A stretch of 64,000 nucleotides of DNA, from positions 112,470,001 through 112,534,000 of the forward strand of contig NC_086107.1 in NCBI RefSeq assembly GCF_963921235.1. Reading direction: 5' to 3'. Origin of the DNA: Mobula hypostoma. Taxonomy: Eukaryota. Both the position numbers and the translations under genes were made by a program. Shown here one piece after another: positions 23,203-34,981 of this stretch; position 1 is the stretch's first letter, and each line of letters opens with the position of its first letter. The notes under the pieces were generated by a model, which saw only the letters and a program-made list of their open reading frames with translations, ran no database searches and was not told the DNA's origin.

Positions 23203-25599
23203 TTCTCAGTGGCCTCTCTATGAGATACACCTGCTCGTTAATGCAAATATCTAACCAGCCAATCATGTGGCAGCAACTCAATGCATAAAAGCATGCAGAC
23301 ATGGTCAAGAGGTTCAGTTGTTGTTCAGACCAAACATCAGAATGGGGAAAGAAATGTGATCTAAGTGACTTTGACCGTGTAATGATTGTTGGTGCCAGAT
23401 GGGGTGGTTTGAGTATCTCAGAAATGGCTGATCTCCTGGGATTTTCACACACTGCCCGTCTCTAGAGTTTACAGAGAATGGTGGGAGAAATTTTAAAAAA
23501 ACATCCAGTGAGCAGCAGTTTTGTGGGTGAAAATGCCTTGTTAATGAGGGAGGTCAGAGGAGATGGGCAGACTGGTTCAAGCTGACAGGAAGGTGACAGT
23601 AAAAGACTGGTAAAGACAAATGTAGGTCCCCTACAGACAGAAACAGGTGAATTGATTATGGGGAGCAAGGACATGGCAGACCAATTGAATAATTACTTTG
23701 GTTCTGTCTTCACTAAGGAGGACATAAATAATCTTCCAGAAATAGTAGGGGACAGAGGGTCCAGTGAGATGGAGGAACTGAGCGAAATACATGTTAGTAG
23801 GGAAGTGGTGTTAGGTAAATTGAAGGGATTGAAGGCAGATAAATCCCCAGGGCCAGATGGTCTGCATCCTAGAGTGCTTAAGGAAGTAGCCCAGGAAATA
23901 GTGGATGCATTAGTGATAACTTTTCAAAACTCATTAGATTCTGGACTAGTTCCTGAGGATTGGAGGGTGGCTAATGTAACCCCACTTTTTAAAAAAGGAG
24001 AGAGAGAGAAACCGGGGAGTTATAGACTGGTTAGCCTAACGTCGGTGGTGGGGTAACTGCTGGAGTCAGTTATCAAAGATGTGATAACAGCACATTTGGA
24101 AAGCGGTGAAATCATCGGACAAAGTCAGCATGGATTTGTGAAAGGAAACTCATGTCTGACAAATCTCATAGAATTTTTTGAGGATGTAACTAGTAGAGTG
24201 GATAGGGGAGAACCAGTGGATGTGGTATATTTGGATTTTCAAAAGGCTTTTGACAAGGTCCCACACAGGAGATTAGTGTGCAAACTTAAAGCACACGGTA
24301 TTGGGGGTAAGGTATTGATGTGGATGGAGAATTAGTTAGCAGACAGGAAGCAAAGAGTGGGAATAAACGGAACCTTTTCAGAATGGCAGGCGGTGACTAG
24401 TGGGGTACTGCAAGGCTCAGTGCTGGGACCCCAGTTGTTTACAATATATATTAATGACTTGGATGAGGGAATTAAATGCAGCATCTCCAAGTTTGCGGAT
24501 GACACGAAGCTGGGTGGCAGTGTTAGCTGTGAGGAGGATGCTAAGAGGATGCAGAGTGACTTGGACAGGTTGGGTGAGTGGGCAAATTCATGGCAGATGC
24601 AATTTAATGTGGATAAATGTGAAGTTATCCACTTTGGTGGCAAAAATAGGAAAACAGATTATTATCTGAATGGTGGCCGATTAAGAAAAGGGGAGGTGCA
24701 ACTAGACCTGGGTGTCATTATACACCAGTCATTGAAAGTGGGCATGCAGGTACAGCAGGCGGTGAAAAAGGCGAATGGTATGCTGGCATTTATAGCGAGA
24801 GGATTCGAGTACAGGAGCAGGGAGGTACTACTGCAGTTTTGCAAGGCCTTGGTGAGACCACACGTGGAGTATTGTGTGCAGTTTTGGTCCCCTAATCTGA
24901 GGAAAGACATCCTTGCCATAGAGGGAGTACAAAGAAGGTTCACCAGATTGATTCTTGGGATGGCAGGACTTTCATATGAAGAAAGACTGGATGAACTGGG
25001 CTTGTACTCGTTGGAATTTAGAAGATTGAGGGGGGATCTGATTGAAACGTATAAAATCCTAAAGGGATTGGACAGGCTAGATGCAGGAAGGTTGCTTCCG
25101 ATGTTGGGGAAGTCCAGAAGGAGGGGCCACAGTTTGAGGATAAAGGGGAAGCCTTTTAGGACCGAGATTAGGAAAAACTTCTTCACACAGAGAGTGGTGA
25201 ATCTGTGGAATTCTCTGCCACAGGAAACAGTTGAGGCCAGTTCATTGGCTATATTTAAGAGGGAGTTAGATATGGCCCTTGTGGCTACGGGGATCAGGGG
25301 GTATGGAGGGAAGGCTGGGGCGGGGTTCTGAGTTGGATGATCAGCCATGATCATAATAAATGGCGGTGCAGGCTCGAAGGGCCAAATGGCCTACTCCTGC
25401 ACCTATTTTCTATGTTTCTATGTTTCTATGTAACTCAGATAACCACACGTTACAACAGTGGTTTGTAGGAGAGCATCTCTGAATGTACACCATATCAAAC
25501 CTTGAAGTGGATGGGCTACAGCAACAGAAGACCAGGAACATACACTCACTGGCCTCTTTATTAGGTACAGGAGGTAGCTGATAAAGAGGCCACAAAGTA
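23203..25599 (+). mobile_element. Non-autonomous Tc1-like element, split by the CR1 insertion
   Basis: TIR related to CACTCAGTGGCCACTTTATTAGGTAC at both ends; degenerate Tc1 N-terminal HTH coding sequence. Confidence 0.8.
23601..25430 (+). mobile_element. Young 5'-truncated CR1/HER1-type LINE (RT domain to 3' tail), inserted in a Tc1 derivative
   Basis: One reading frame (ORFs 23652, 24081, 24357) broken by two nonsense codons (24054-24056, 24333-24335); RT motifs QHGF, YLDFQKAFD, QGSVLGP, FADD; (TTTCTATG)n tail. Confidence 0.95.
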
Positions 25600-26307
25600 T
25601 ATATTCTGTACTCTGTCATTGCTTTTCCCTTCGCATTGCTTGAAGTTCTCATGTTTGAAATGATCCACCTGGATGGCTTGTAACATCACTCACTGTATCT
25701 CAGTACACGTAACAATAACAAACCAGTTACCAAATCCAGATCAGCCCCATGTAGCTGGTTTAATTGCCCCTGTGAGCCATTCAATTCCTGGGCAATAAAA
25801 GCTGACACAAGGCAGTTGACCTAAGTATTAACTCTGTTGCTCTCTCCACGGACACTGCCTGACCTGCTGAGTGTTTCCAGCATTTTCTTTCCTTGCCAAT
25901 GATGTCAAGATCCGGAAAACAGATTTAATCAGGCAGTGCCCCCGCCTGACGCACACATTTGTTTACCAGAGAGGCACACTTCCACACCAATCGCATGCCC
26001 CGGTGCTCAAGTCTGTTGGAAAATCTTTGTGGTAACCCCTAGCTTAATGAGAGAATATTCTAATGGCAATTGTCCCCCCCCCAGCCTGCCCCACTTGTCT
26101 TCCAAATTAGGAATCAAAGATCACTCAATAAGTAGACTACTCTGAAGGTGTCCAAACCAGGTCTCCTTAATCCATCTTCCCTTTAGATCTAATCTTCCCT
26201 TTCTTTGGCATACTTAGTATCAACGTCTTCTGCAACAAATCTATGGCAGCTGGGATATTGGTTCAGATCCCATATCAGAGACATGAACATATAAAACTTT
26301 GGATGAA

Positions 26308-26875
26308 AGCAACACTCACAACACACTGGAGGAACTCAGCAGGTCGGGCAGCGTCCGTGGAAACGATCAGTCAACGTTTCGGGCTGGAACCCTTCGTCAG
26401 GACTGTAGAGGGAGGGGGCAGAGGCCCTATAAAGAAGGTGGAGGGAGGATGGGAAGGAGAAGGCTGGTAGGTTCCAGGTGAAAAACCAGTAAGGGGAAAG
26501 ATAAAGGGGTGGGGGAGGGGAAGCAGGGAGGTGATAGGCAGGAAAGGTGAAGAAGGAATAGGGGAAAACACAATGGGTAGTAGAAGGAGGTGGAACCATG
26601 AGGGAGGTGATAGGCAGCTGGGGGAGGGGGCAGAGTGAAATAGGGATAGGGGAAGGGAGGGGGAGGGAATTACCGGAACTTGGTACCAAGTATGTTCATA
26701 CCAAGGGGCTGGAGACTACCCAGATGGTATATGAAGTGTTGCTCCTCCAACCTAAGTTTAGCCTCATCATGGCAGTAGAGGAGGTCATGTACGAACATAT
26801 CCGAATGGGAATAGGAAGCAGAGTTGAAGTGGGTGGCAACCGGGAGATCCTGTCTGTGGTGGCAGACGGAGTGGA
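26308..26875 (-). mobile_element. 5'-truncated Penelope-like element
   Basis: Minus strand carries a RL.LEEQH.I..LGSLQPLGMNI-like C-terminus, the UTR and an intact hammerhead core. Confidence 0.75.
26368..26405 (-). ncRNA. Minimal type-I hammerhead ribozyme motif
   Basis: CAGUC-CUGACGA-A-GGGUUCCAGCCC-GAAA-CGUU-GACUG: stem I CAGUC/GACUG, both core boxes, palindromic ACGU in place of helix III. Confidence 0.75.
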
Positions 26876-28989
26876 GGATTTTGTGTTTATAACTTTGGGA
26901 GGTTCTCCATGAAGCAGCTGCAGAAAGTTGTCAACCCAACCAGCTCCACCATGGACACTGGCCACCCCAGCATCCAGGGCGCCTTCAAAAGGGGATGCCT
27001 CAAAAAGGCAGCATCCATCATTGAGGGCCCCCATCAGCCAGAACATGCCCTCTTCTCAATGCTACCATCACGGAGAAGGTACAGGAGCCTGAAGAAACAC
27101 ACTCAATGTTTCAGGAACAGCTTCTTCCCCTCCGCAGTCAGATTACTGAATGGACAATGAACCCACGAACACTACCTCAGTGTTCTTCCCCCTCTCTTTT
27201 CCCACTACTTATTTAATTTAAATTTCTTTCTTTAATACAAACTTCTTATTGGAATTAATTACAGTTCCTATTATGATGTATTGCAATGTACTGCTGCCAC
27301 AAAACGACATATTTCACAACATACAGTGTGCCAGTGATATTAAACCGGATTCTGATTCTCTATGCCTCTCCTACACCTCTATCAAGTCATGTCTCATCCT
27401 CCTTCACTCTGAAGGGAAAAGCCCCAGCAATATAAAATAATAACTATAATTTGCTATAATTATATGTAAATAAAAGAAAATTAAATTAAGTAAGTATATA
27501 GAACACAGAACATGGAAACCTACAGCACATTACAGGCCCTTCGGCCCACAATGTTGTGCCGACCATGTAATCTACTCTAGAAACTGCCTAGAATTTCCGT
27601 ATCGCATCGCCCTCTATTTTTCTAAGCTCCATGTATCTATCTAAGAGAGTAAGTAGTGCAGCAAGAGAGGGAAAAAAGAATATTGAGCTAGTGTTCATGG
27701 TTTCATTGTTCCTCATAAGACATGCTCTCTAATCCAGGCAGCATCCTGGTAAATCTCCTCTGCACCCTTTCTAAAGCTTCCACATCCTTTCTATAATGAG
27801 TTCACCATAACTGAACACAATACTAAGTATTCTTACCTCTCTTTTTGCACTACTTATTGAATTTAATTTTTATATTTAATTATTATGATTTATGATTGTT
27901 TTATTATTATGTATTGCAATGAACTGCAAGTGCAAAACAACATATTTCACGATGTATGCCGATGATATTAAACCTGATTCTTATTCTGCGTATTACCAAG
28001 GGAGTGCTGTACTGTTGGTAGTGCCGTCTTTTTGCAGAGAAGCTAAGTCAAGAACTTGTCACTTCTCTGAAGTGAACGCAGGAAGATGTGCAGGTCGAAG
28101 AGAAGACCAGGAGTTATCCCTATGTCCTGATTCAAAGCCTATCAGCCAAGGAAACAGGCTGTCTGTGCATTACTAGGTTGATCTTGGTTAATGCACAGTG
28201 TGATCCCAAGCTTGTGGGATCGCACCGTGCGTTAACTGGCGACCACGTTTTAACGAGTACTGCATTGGCTGTAGGGTCTTTAGGATGTCTAGAAAGGGAT
28301 GGGTAAGGTGCTATAGAAAGTCAGCCCTTTCTCCCTCACGATGAACAGAGCCAGCATCACTTGTCCTTGCGACACCTGAGGAAGTCAGGAATAACCGCCA
28401 GTCAAGACAGAGCAGCAGGCGACTATGGCGATTGATGGTTGCAGGTGGGGTTGAGGGGGAGAGGAGAAATACGACAGACAGACATGGTGTCAAGTGGGGG
28501 GGGTGGGGGGTTTGGCTTATTTGCTGGTCAAAGATCACTTCCACCATGTCGGTCATTGATTGGCCCATTTAAAGGATGTGCCCGGTCTTTCCCGTTGGAT
28601 GTTTTGCACGCCTCAGCACTGATTTCTAGTTCCGGGTGCCTCGGGAGTATAAGAATAGCACGTGAGGGAGGCTCGGTCTCTTTTCCTTCCATCCCCAGGC
28701 CCCGCCTCTGGCCGAAGTCATCACCAGCGCTGAAGGACCATTGGGAAAGAGCGCTGCAGACATAGATGGACCCCCGCAATTGTTTAGTTAAGTATTCATT
28801 TGTAGCATGTTTAGTTCTTTGATCTTATAATTTGGGGAGATTTAATGGATTACCCGTTCAATTAAAGGGCAACTGAATGTCCACTATTGTGGCTTTGGGT
28901 AGTTTAGGCAAACTCTTGCCTAGTGTTACACTGTTCATTTTTAAATAAATAGTTAACGTGCTCATTTTAAACCTGTGTCCTCTGTGTCA

Positions 28990-29585
28990 CTGCAACACAC
29001 CCAAAATGCTGGAGGTACACAGCAGGCCAGGCAGCATCTACGGAGAAGAGTAAACAGTCGATGTTTCGGGCCGAGACCCTTCCTCAGGACTGGAAAAGGA
29101 AGGGAAGAGGTCAGAGTGAGAAGCTGGGGGGAGGGGAGGAAGAAGTACAAGGTGGCAGGTGATAGGTGGAACCGGGAGAGGGGGCGGGTTGAATCAAAGA
29201 GCTGGGAAGTTGATTGGTGACAGAGATAAAGGGCTGGAGAAGGGGGAATCTGATAGGAGAGGACAGAAGACTGTGGAAGAAAGGGAACAGGGAGGAGCAC
29301 GGACTTCTATCCTCTTCTATCAGATTCCTCCTCCTCCAGCCCTTTATCTCTTTCACCAATCAACTTCCCAGCTCTTTACCTGACCACCTCCCCCTCTCCC
29401 AGTTTCGCATATCACCTGCCACCTTGTGCTTCATCCCCCACCTTTCCCCCACTTTTTTACTCTGACCCCTCCCCTTCCTTTCCTTTCCTGAAGAAGGGTC
29501 TCATCCCGAAACGTCGACCGTTTATTCATTTCCCTGGACGCTGCCTGGCCTGCTGCGTTCCTCAGCTTTTGGCGCGCGTGGCTCT
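28990..29585. mobile_element. Head-to-head inverted pair of Penelope-like terminal repeats; similar pairs at about 1588-1765, 9540-9950, 10088-10321, 12990-13170 and 61768-62335
   Basis: Left arm on minus strand and right arm on plus strand, each with a hammerhead motif (29055-29092 on -, 29483-29520 on +). Confidence 0.75.
29055..29092 (-). ncRNA. Minimal type-I hammerhead ribozyme motif
   Basis: CAGUC-CUGAGGA-A-GGGUCUCGGCCC-GAAA-CAUC-GACUG. Confidence 0.7.
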
Positions 29586-29736
29586 TCTACTTCACTCATT
29601 GGATCCTCGAGCCTGCCTGCACATTACACACGGGTTGGTCGGGACACCCAGGTGTGATTGGGAAGTACAGGGACAGGGAGGGTGTTGGCTTTCCAAATCT
29701 GGAACATGACAAGGCTCACAATGATAAACCTAACTT

Positions 29737-29863
29737 CTGCTCAGCGAGTGACTAACGATTAACATTATCAAATCACGTTCATAAATCCTACCACCTCTGC
29801 TCAGCGGGTGTCTAACAATTGACATTATCAAATCATGTTGATAAATCCTCAGCGAGTGACTAA
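29737..29863. repeat. 60-bp tandem repeat, about 2.2 copies
   Basis: CTGCTCAGCG.GTG.CTAAC.ATT.ACATTATCAAATCA at 29737 and 29797, partial third copy at 29848. Confidence 0.85.
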
Positions 29864-32156
29864 TTTCACTGATTCCGCGAGGTGAAGGTTTCTCTCCGAT
29901 TGTATCTGTCCGCTGCTTCACTGTATCTGCTTTTCAACCTCATTACCCTTATCGTGCCCCGCACCCTTCTAACCCAGGACAGGAAAGCAATGGTGCACAC
30001 ATTGAAGACAGGAGGATGTCAAAGATTATGTGATGGTTGAGTGGGTGAAAGCCTTCATTCCAGCTCACGTGCTGAATGCCTCCTTGTCTCTGGTTGTTAA
30101 CCTCCAGAAGGGTCCTTGGCGATGACCTCAGAGTGAAGGTGCCATATATCTCGATACATTACTCAAGTCTCCTGGATACCCGCTGATAGTCTAAAAACAT
30201 CCTTTTGATTTTATTTATAGATCGGTATAATGTTTCAAATCCTTCCCCCGTGTAGTTACAAGAAAAAAATTCAGATGTAATTCTACCTCTCGTATAAGGT
30301 CCCAAGAGAGTTCAACAGATTTATATATGTTATATCCTTTTTATGCTAATCTTATTTTGAGAAACGATGTATTAATTTCAGCTCCCCATCGCTGCCAATC
30401 GCGACTTTAGCAGATATTGAATGATGAATTTGAGTGGTGCGATGGCTGTGGGCCAGAGAGTGGGTCCAACACTTGGGCTTCCGAAGCAGATCTGTCTGGT
30501 GAGCCACAGGGAGTCCTGACCTTTTGAGTTTGGATCAGGGGAGTGGGGATGGTGGAATGGAAGATGGTGGGCTTTTCCGGGTTGCTTACACGTATTCCCC
30601 GGTGGTAGAGAAGGAGGCCGTTCAGCCCATCAATTCCGTGCCAGCACTCAGAGCAATCCTATCAATTCCATTCACTCACTTATTTCCCAGTAATCTATTC
30701 GCTCTCAAATGCCAATGCGCTCCCCCAGTTTTCCTGCCAGTGACCTACACCACAGGGGCAATTTACAGCCGCCAATCACCCTGGCAACCCACACGATTTT
30801 GGGATGTGGCCTTCATAAATCAGGGCACTGAGCACAGGAGTTGTGTAAGATGCCGCTAGCGAGGCGGAATTTTGGAGTATTGTGTGCAGTTCTGTTTACT
30901 GATCTGCAGGAAAGATATCAATAAGCATGAAAGAGTGCAGAGAAAATCTAATGGGCAAGATGGTGGTGCGGCGGTTATCACAGCGCCAGCGACTGGGGAT
31001 CAACTCCCGCTGCTGTCTGAGAGGAGTTTGTACGTTCTCCACGCGGGCTTCCTCCGGACGCTCCCGTTTCCTCCCACATTCCAAAGACGTACGGGTCAGG
31101 ATGTTCAATGGACTGAGCAGCGCGGACTCACTAGGCCGGAAGGGCCTGTTACCACACTGTGTCCCTAAATAACCAAATTTACAAGCTCGTTGCCGGTACT
31201 TGAGTTATAAGAAAAGTTCGAATAGGCTAAGACCTTGTTCCCCAAAGCGTAGGAGAATGTGGGGAGATTTGATAGAGGTATACAAAATTATGAGGTGTAT
31301 AGACAGGGTGAATACTTGCAGGTTCTTTCCCCTCAGGTTGGGCGAGACTAGAACGAGGGGTCATAGATTAAGGGAGGAAGGTGAAATATTTTAGGGGAAT
31401 ATGAGGAAAAATGTCTTCACTCAGAGGGTGATGTGAGTGTGGAATGAGCTGCCAGCAGAAATGTTTTAGTTGTAATATTTAATAAAAGTTTGGATAGGTA
31501 CATGGTCTGGGTGCAGGTCAGTGGGACTACGTCAACTAGGCTCGCATGGACTTGATGGGCCAAAGGCCCCGTTTCGGTACTGATGTACCATATGACTCGG
31601 TGGTCTAACCCAGAGGAAACCCACGCTGTCACTGGAAAAATGTGCAAACTCCACACACAGACGGCGGCAGAGATTGGAATCGAACCCAGGTCTCTGGAGC
31701 TGGGAGACAGTTGCGCTATCGCAGCACCGCCAGCCGCTGGCTGTCCCGCTGGATGGGGCTTGTTGAGAGACCTTTCACGGGGAAATGGAGCTCCTTGGCA
31801 AAGTGGGGTTTCAGCCAAGGTTCTTTCTCATGGAGAGTTTCTTCAGTGGGAATTCCACCCTGCCACGTTATCCTTATCCCAGACTTTTTTTTCCCATCTG
31901 ACTTCTAGCTACAATCACTCTCTGTCCATAAATATGAGGATCTGGAGTTCAGCAGGAGGGAACGATCACCCCGTAGCGCAGTGGGGAATGGGAGAGCGGG
32001 CCAGAAGTTTGGTGAGCGTCCCCAGCGCAGGTCCAGGGAGAGTCCGGCACAAGATGAGTGGCCTCACCCTTACTCTGGAGTTCCTGCTGGACATCAAAAG
32101 GGAAGGGGGGATTCACCATGATCCAATGAGGCCCGTGGCTGTGGAGCAGGAGGTGA

Positions 32157-32440
32157 GGGCGGCACGGTAACATAGCAGTCAGTACAATGCTTTACAGTAC
32201 AGGCGTGTAAGGAGTTCAATTCCCGCCATTGCCTGTAAGGAGTTTGTACGTTCTCTCCGTGATCACGTGGGTTTCTTCCAGGTGTTCCGGTTTCCTCCCA
32301 CAGTCCAAAGACGTACCGGTTGGTAGGTTAGTTGGTCATTGTAAATTGTCCCATGGTTAGGCTAGGGTTATATCAAAGGATCACCAGGCGGAGCAGCTCG
32401 AAAGGCCGGAAGAGCCTATTCTGCACTCTTCTCAATAAAT
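32157..32440 (+). mobile_element. V-domain tRNA-SINE, representative copy. Others at about 2430-2685(-), 2825-3120, 5640-5890(-), 9000-9270(-), 14320-14605, 14680-14970, 15620-15875, 30955-31170, 31610-31730(-), 36615-36920, 36945-37225, 38750-39000(-), 46530-46790(-), 49165-49420, 51270-51565, 52430-52690, 54680-54940(-), 55280-55490, 58840-59090(-) and 63590-63870(-)
   Basis: tRNA-like head with B box GTTCAATTCC and V-domain GGAGTTTGTACGTTCTC...GGTTTCCTCCCACAGTCCAAAGAC; A-rich or LINE-like tails. Confidence 0.8.
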
Positions 32441-32616
32441 AACTAAATGCATAAATGATGGGAATCTTGGGTGGGACAAGGAGACCTGTGTCTGGAGATC
32501 CAGGGTAGGAAACAGGATCGGCTAATTGCCCATGGGGTCCAGAATTTAAGTTTATAGGTATGATTGTGTGTGCAAACACATATAAGTCTGCAGATGCATT
32601 GACCAGAAGGGGGGTT

Positions 32617-32653
<37 letters not shown>

Positions 32654-33049
32654 TTATAACACTGTATGTATATGAAAGTATCTGCAAAAGTGTGACACAG
32701 ATACATGAAATCTTGTGAGCGTGGGTGGGCCTCATTTGCCTTTCCATATATGACCGTGTAAGTATGCAGATGGATGCAAGCGTGTACGTAGTGTGTAGTG
32801 CTCTGGAAAGGTAACCCCAGGTTCATTTGTTACACGGATGTGCGAAGGATTTTAGCATCGCTCTTATCATTGGTCTAAGCAGTCAGCCAATTGTTTGGTT
32901 AGGGTGTTTTCTCTGGCACTGAGTCTAGGGCAAGGACACTTAGCAAAAAAATATTTAAAGATATGGTCATCACTGGCAAACTCTGCATCAACTTCCTGAA
33001 GGCAGAGTGCCTTCGAGAAATGCTGGAGCAGACTTGATGGGCCAAATGG

Positions 33050-33368
33050 CATGAGAGAGAGGGAGGGAGGAACGTGAGTGTGTGTCTGTGTGTGGGTGTG
33101 AGTGTGTGAGAGAGAGAGGAAGAGGGAGGGAGGGAATGTGAGTGTGGGAGAGAGGGAGAGACATAGAGAGGGGGGAGATAGAGAGGGGAGAGAGATAGAA
33201 GGAAGAGGTAGACAGAGGGAGAGAGGGGTGGTGAAAGAAAAATAGCCCAGATGATGGTGAATGTTTAAGGGCAGGTGAACACACAGAGATGTGAATGTGC
33301 TGAGGAGGGAGAAGCAGGATAAATACCCTCGGCCAACTCAATAACCTCAAAGCACATTCAGGATGAGT

Positions 33369-33409
<41 letters not shown>

Positions 33410-33425
33410 TGTGTTTGTGTGTGTG
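33050..33425. repeat. GA-rich and (GT)n simple repeats; other (GT)n at 3548-3593 and 32618-32650, (CTAT)n at about 58782-58835
   Basis: Directly visible. Confidence 0.9.
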
Positions 33426-34300
33426 ATTGACATGCCAATTCAAAAGCAATCAAATTTCAATTCCTGTGCGAGTCTGTGTACACAGGATCGTGTAAATGCA
33501 GGCATGAAAAAACTACGTGTGCAAAAATGTTTTTTATGTATATGTATGGTATAAGTCAACGCTGGGCTCAGGATAAATGTTCCCAGAGTTAGCAGCTAGC
33601 TGGTGTCTGCTGGCTCAGTTCAGACCTAGTTTCTGATTGACTCCAGCCAGACCAGGTTAACCTGCCCCATGGGGAAGTGTGGGAAGGGGAGCAGGATTCC
33701 TCCATTTTCAGGGTAGGCCGAGCCAAGCCCAGTTCACTTGCTGTGGGAATGATGAAGTGCGACAAAAGAGGGGATGATGAGGTTTCCTCTAAGCTTGGGC
33801 CTTAGCCTTTATCTGCCCTCATCATTTATCCTCGTGAGGTGGACTCATTCCCAGTTCCCATCCAGGTGACCAGTACATCAGCTTAAGAGGGCGATTAACA
33901 ATTTTCAGGGTGGGAATCTGAAGAAGGAGGCCAGGTTAAAAGGGACAAGTGTTGGCTCGTAGACACCAATCTGCCGTATTCAATTTACTGGGACCAGATA
34001 TTAAATTCTAGACATTTTCTTATGAAAACCAATTCAGCCTGAGATAGATTTTGTTCCACATTATTACTCTGGAAACTGTAACCACTTAGAAACATTATCC
34101 CATGGAGAATTGCTGAGTGTTAAATCTTAGTAAGGAAATTCCTCCCCCCACCTTGCAGATCATCTCAAGGACCCAGTGGAGGTCAACCAAAGAACGCCAT
34201 CGCATTCCACCCATCCACTCCCCTCCCGCCAATCTGTACTCAGACTATGGACCTGCTTGCATCCCGCTTCTGTTTGGGCTGGAGGGACGTCATGTGGTAC

Positions 34301-34495
34301 CTTTGCGGATACTTCCGTCAGACGAGTGTTCAAAGTCTCCGGTGGTCAACAGGAAGCAGGCTCTGTCCCGGGCGTACCTCTCCCTTCCTCCAGGCGTGAC
34401 CGGCTGGTTCTCCTCTGGCGACAGGGCCTGGTCAATGGTAGGACAATCCTCATTGGCCAAAGCAGCATTGGCGGCGTCCCCGTTCTGCTTGGGAT
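34301..34495 (-). CDS. KCNC3: Internal/penultimate coding exon of a Kv3 (Shaw-type) voltage-gated K+ channel, cytoplasmic C-terminus; best match KCNC3 (Kv3.3)
   Basis: Manual minus-strand translation gives (D)[64 protein letters not shown]. This closely resembles the Kv3.3 segment [23 protein letters not shown]...[30 protein letters not shown], recalled from memory. AG acceptor at 34497-34496 and GT donor at 34300-34299; 195 nt, phase 1 at both ends. Family assignment is stronger than paralogue assignment. Confidence 0.85.
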
Positions 34496-34498
34496 CTT

Positions 34499-34513
34499 AC
34501 ACACACACACGCA

Positions 34514-34579
<66 letters not shown>

Positions 34580-34727
34580 CAGACACACACACACGCACAC
34601 ACATACACACGCACACACAGACACACACACACGCACACACATACACACGCACACACAGACACACACACACGCACACACATACACACGCACGCACAGACAC
34701 ACACACGCACACACAGACACACACACA

Positions 34728-34765
<38 letters not shown>

Positions 34766-34767
34766 CA

Positions 34768-34823
<56 letters not shown>

Positions 34824-34828
34824 CAGAC

Positions 34829-34863
<35 letters not shown>

Positions 34864-34935
34864 CACACACGCACACACACACACACACACGCACACACAT
34901 ACACACGGACGCACAGACACACACACGCACACACA

Positions 34936-34974
<39 letters not shown>
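34499..34974. repeat. Long imperfect (AC)n/(GT)n microsatellite
   Basis: About 476 bp of AC units with GC, AT and AG variants. Confidence 0.98.

Positions 34975-34981
<7 letters not shown>

Noticed and set aside
24662..25354. 230-aa antisense ORF and similar ones at 36050, 39440 and 41740
   Set aside because: Antisense shadows of the CR1 ORF2.
31949..32090. RSPIP peptide resembling the Kv3 'RSPIPSIL' terminus, and the 195-aa ORF 31583-32170
   Set aside because: Wrong phase relative to the nearby acceptor and no upstream YEKSRSL similarity; the long ORF starts in SINE sequence.
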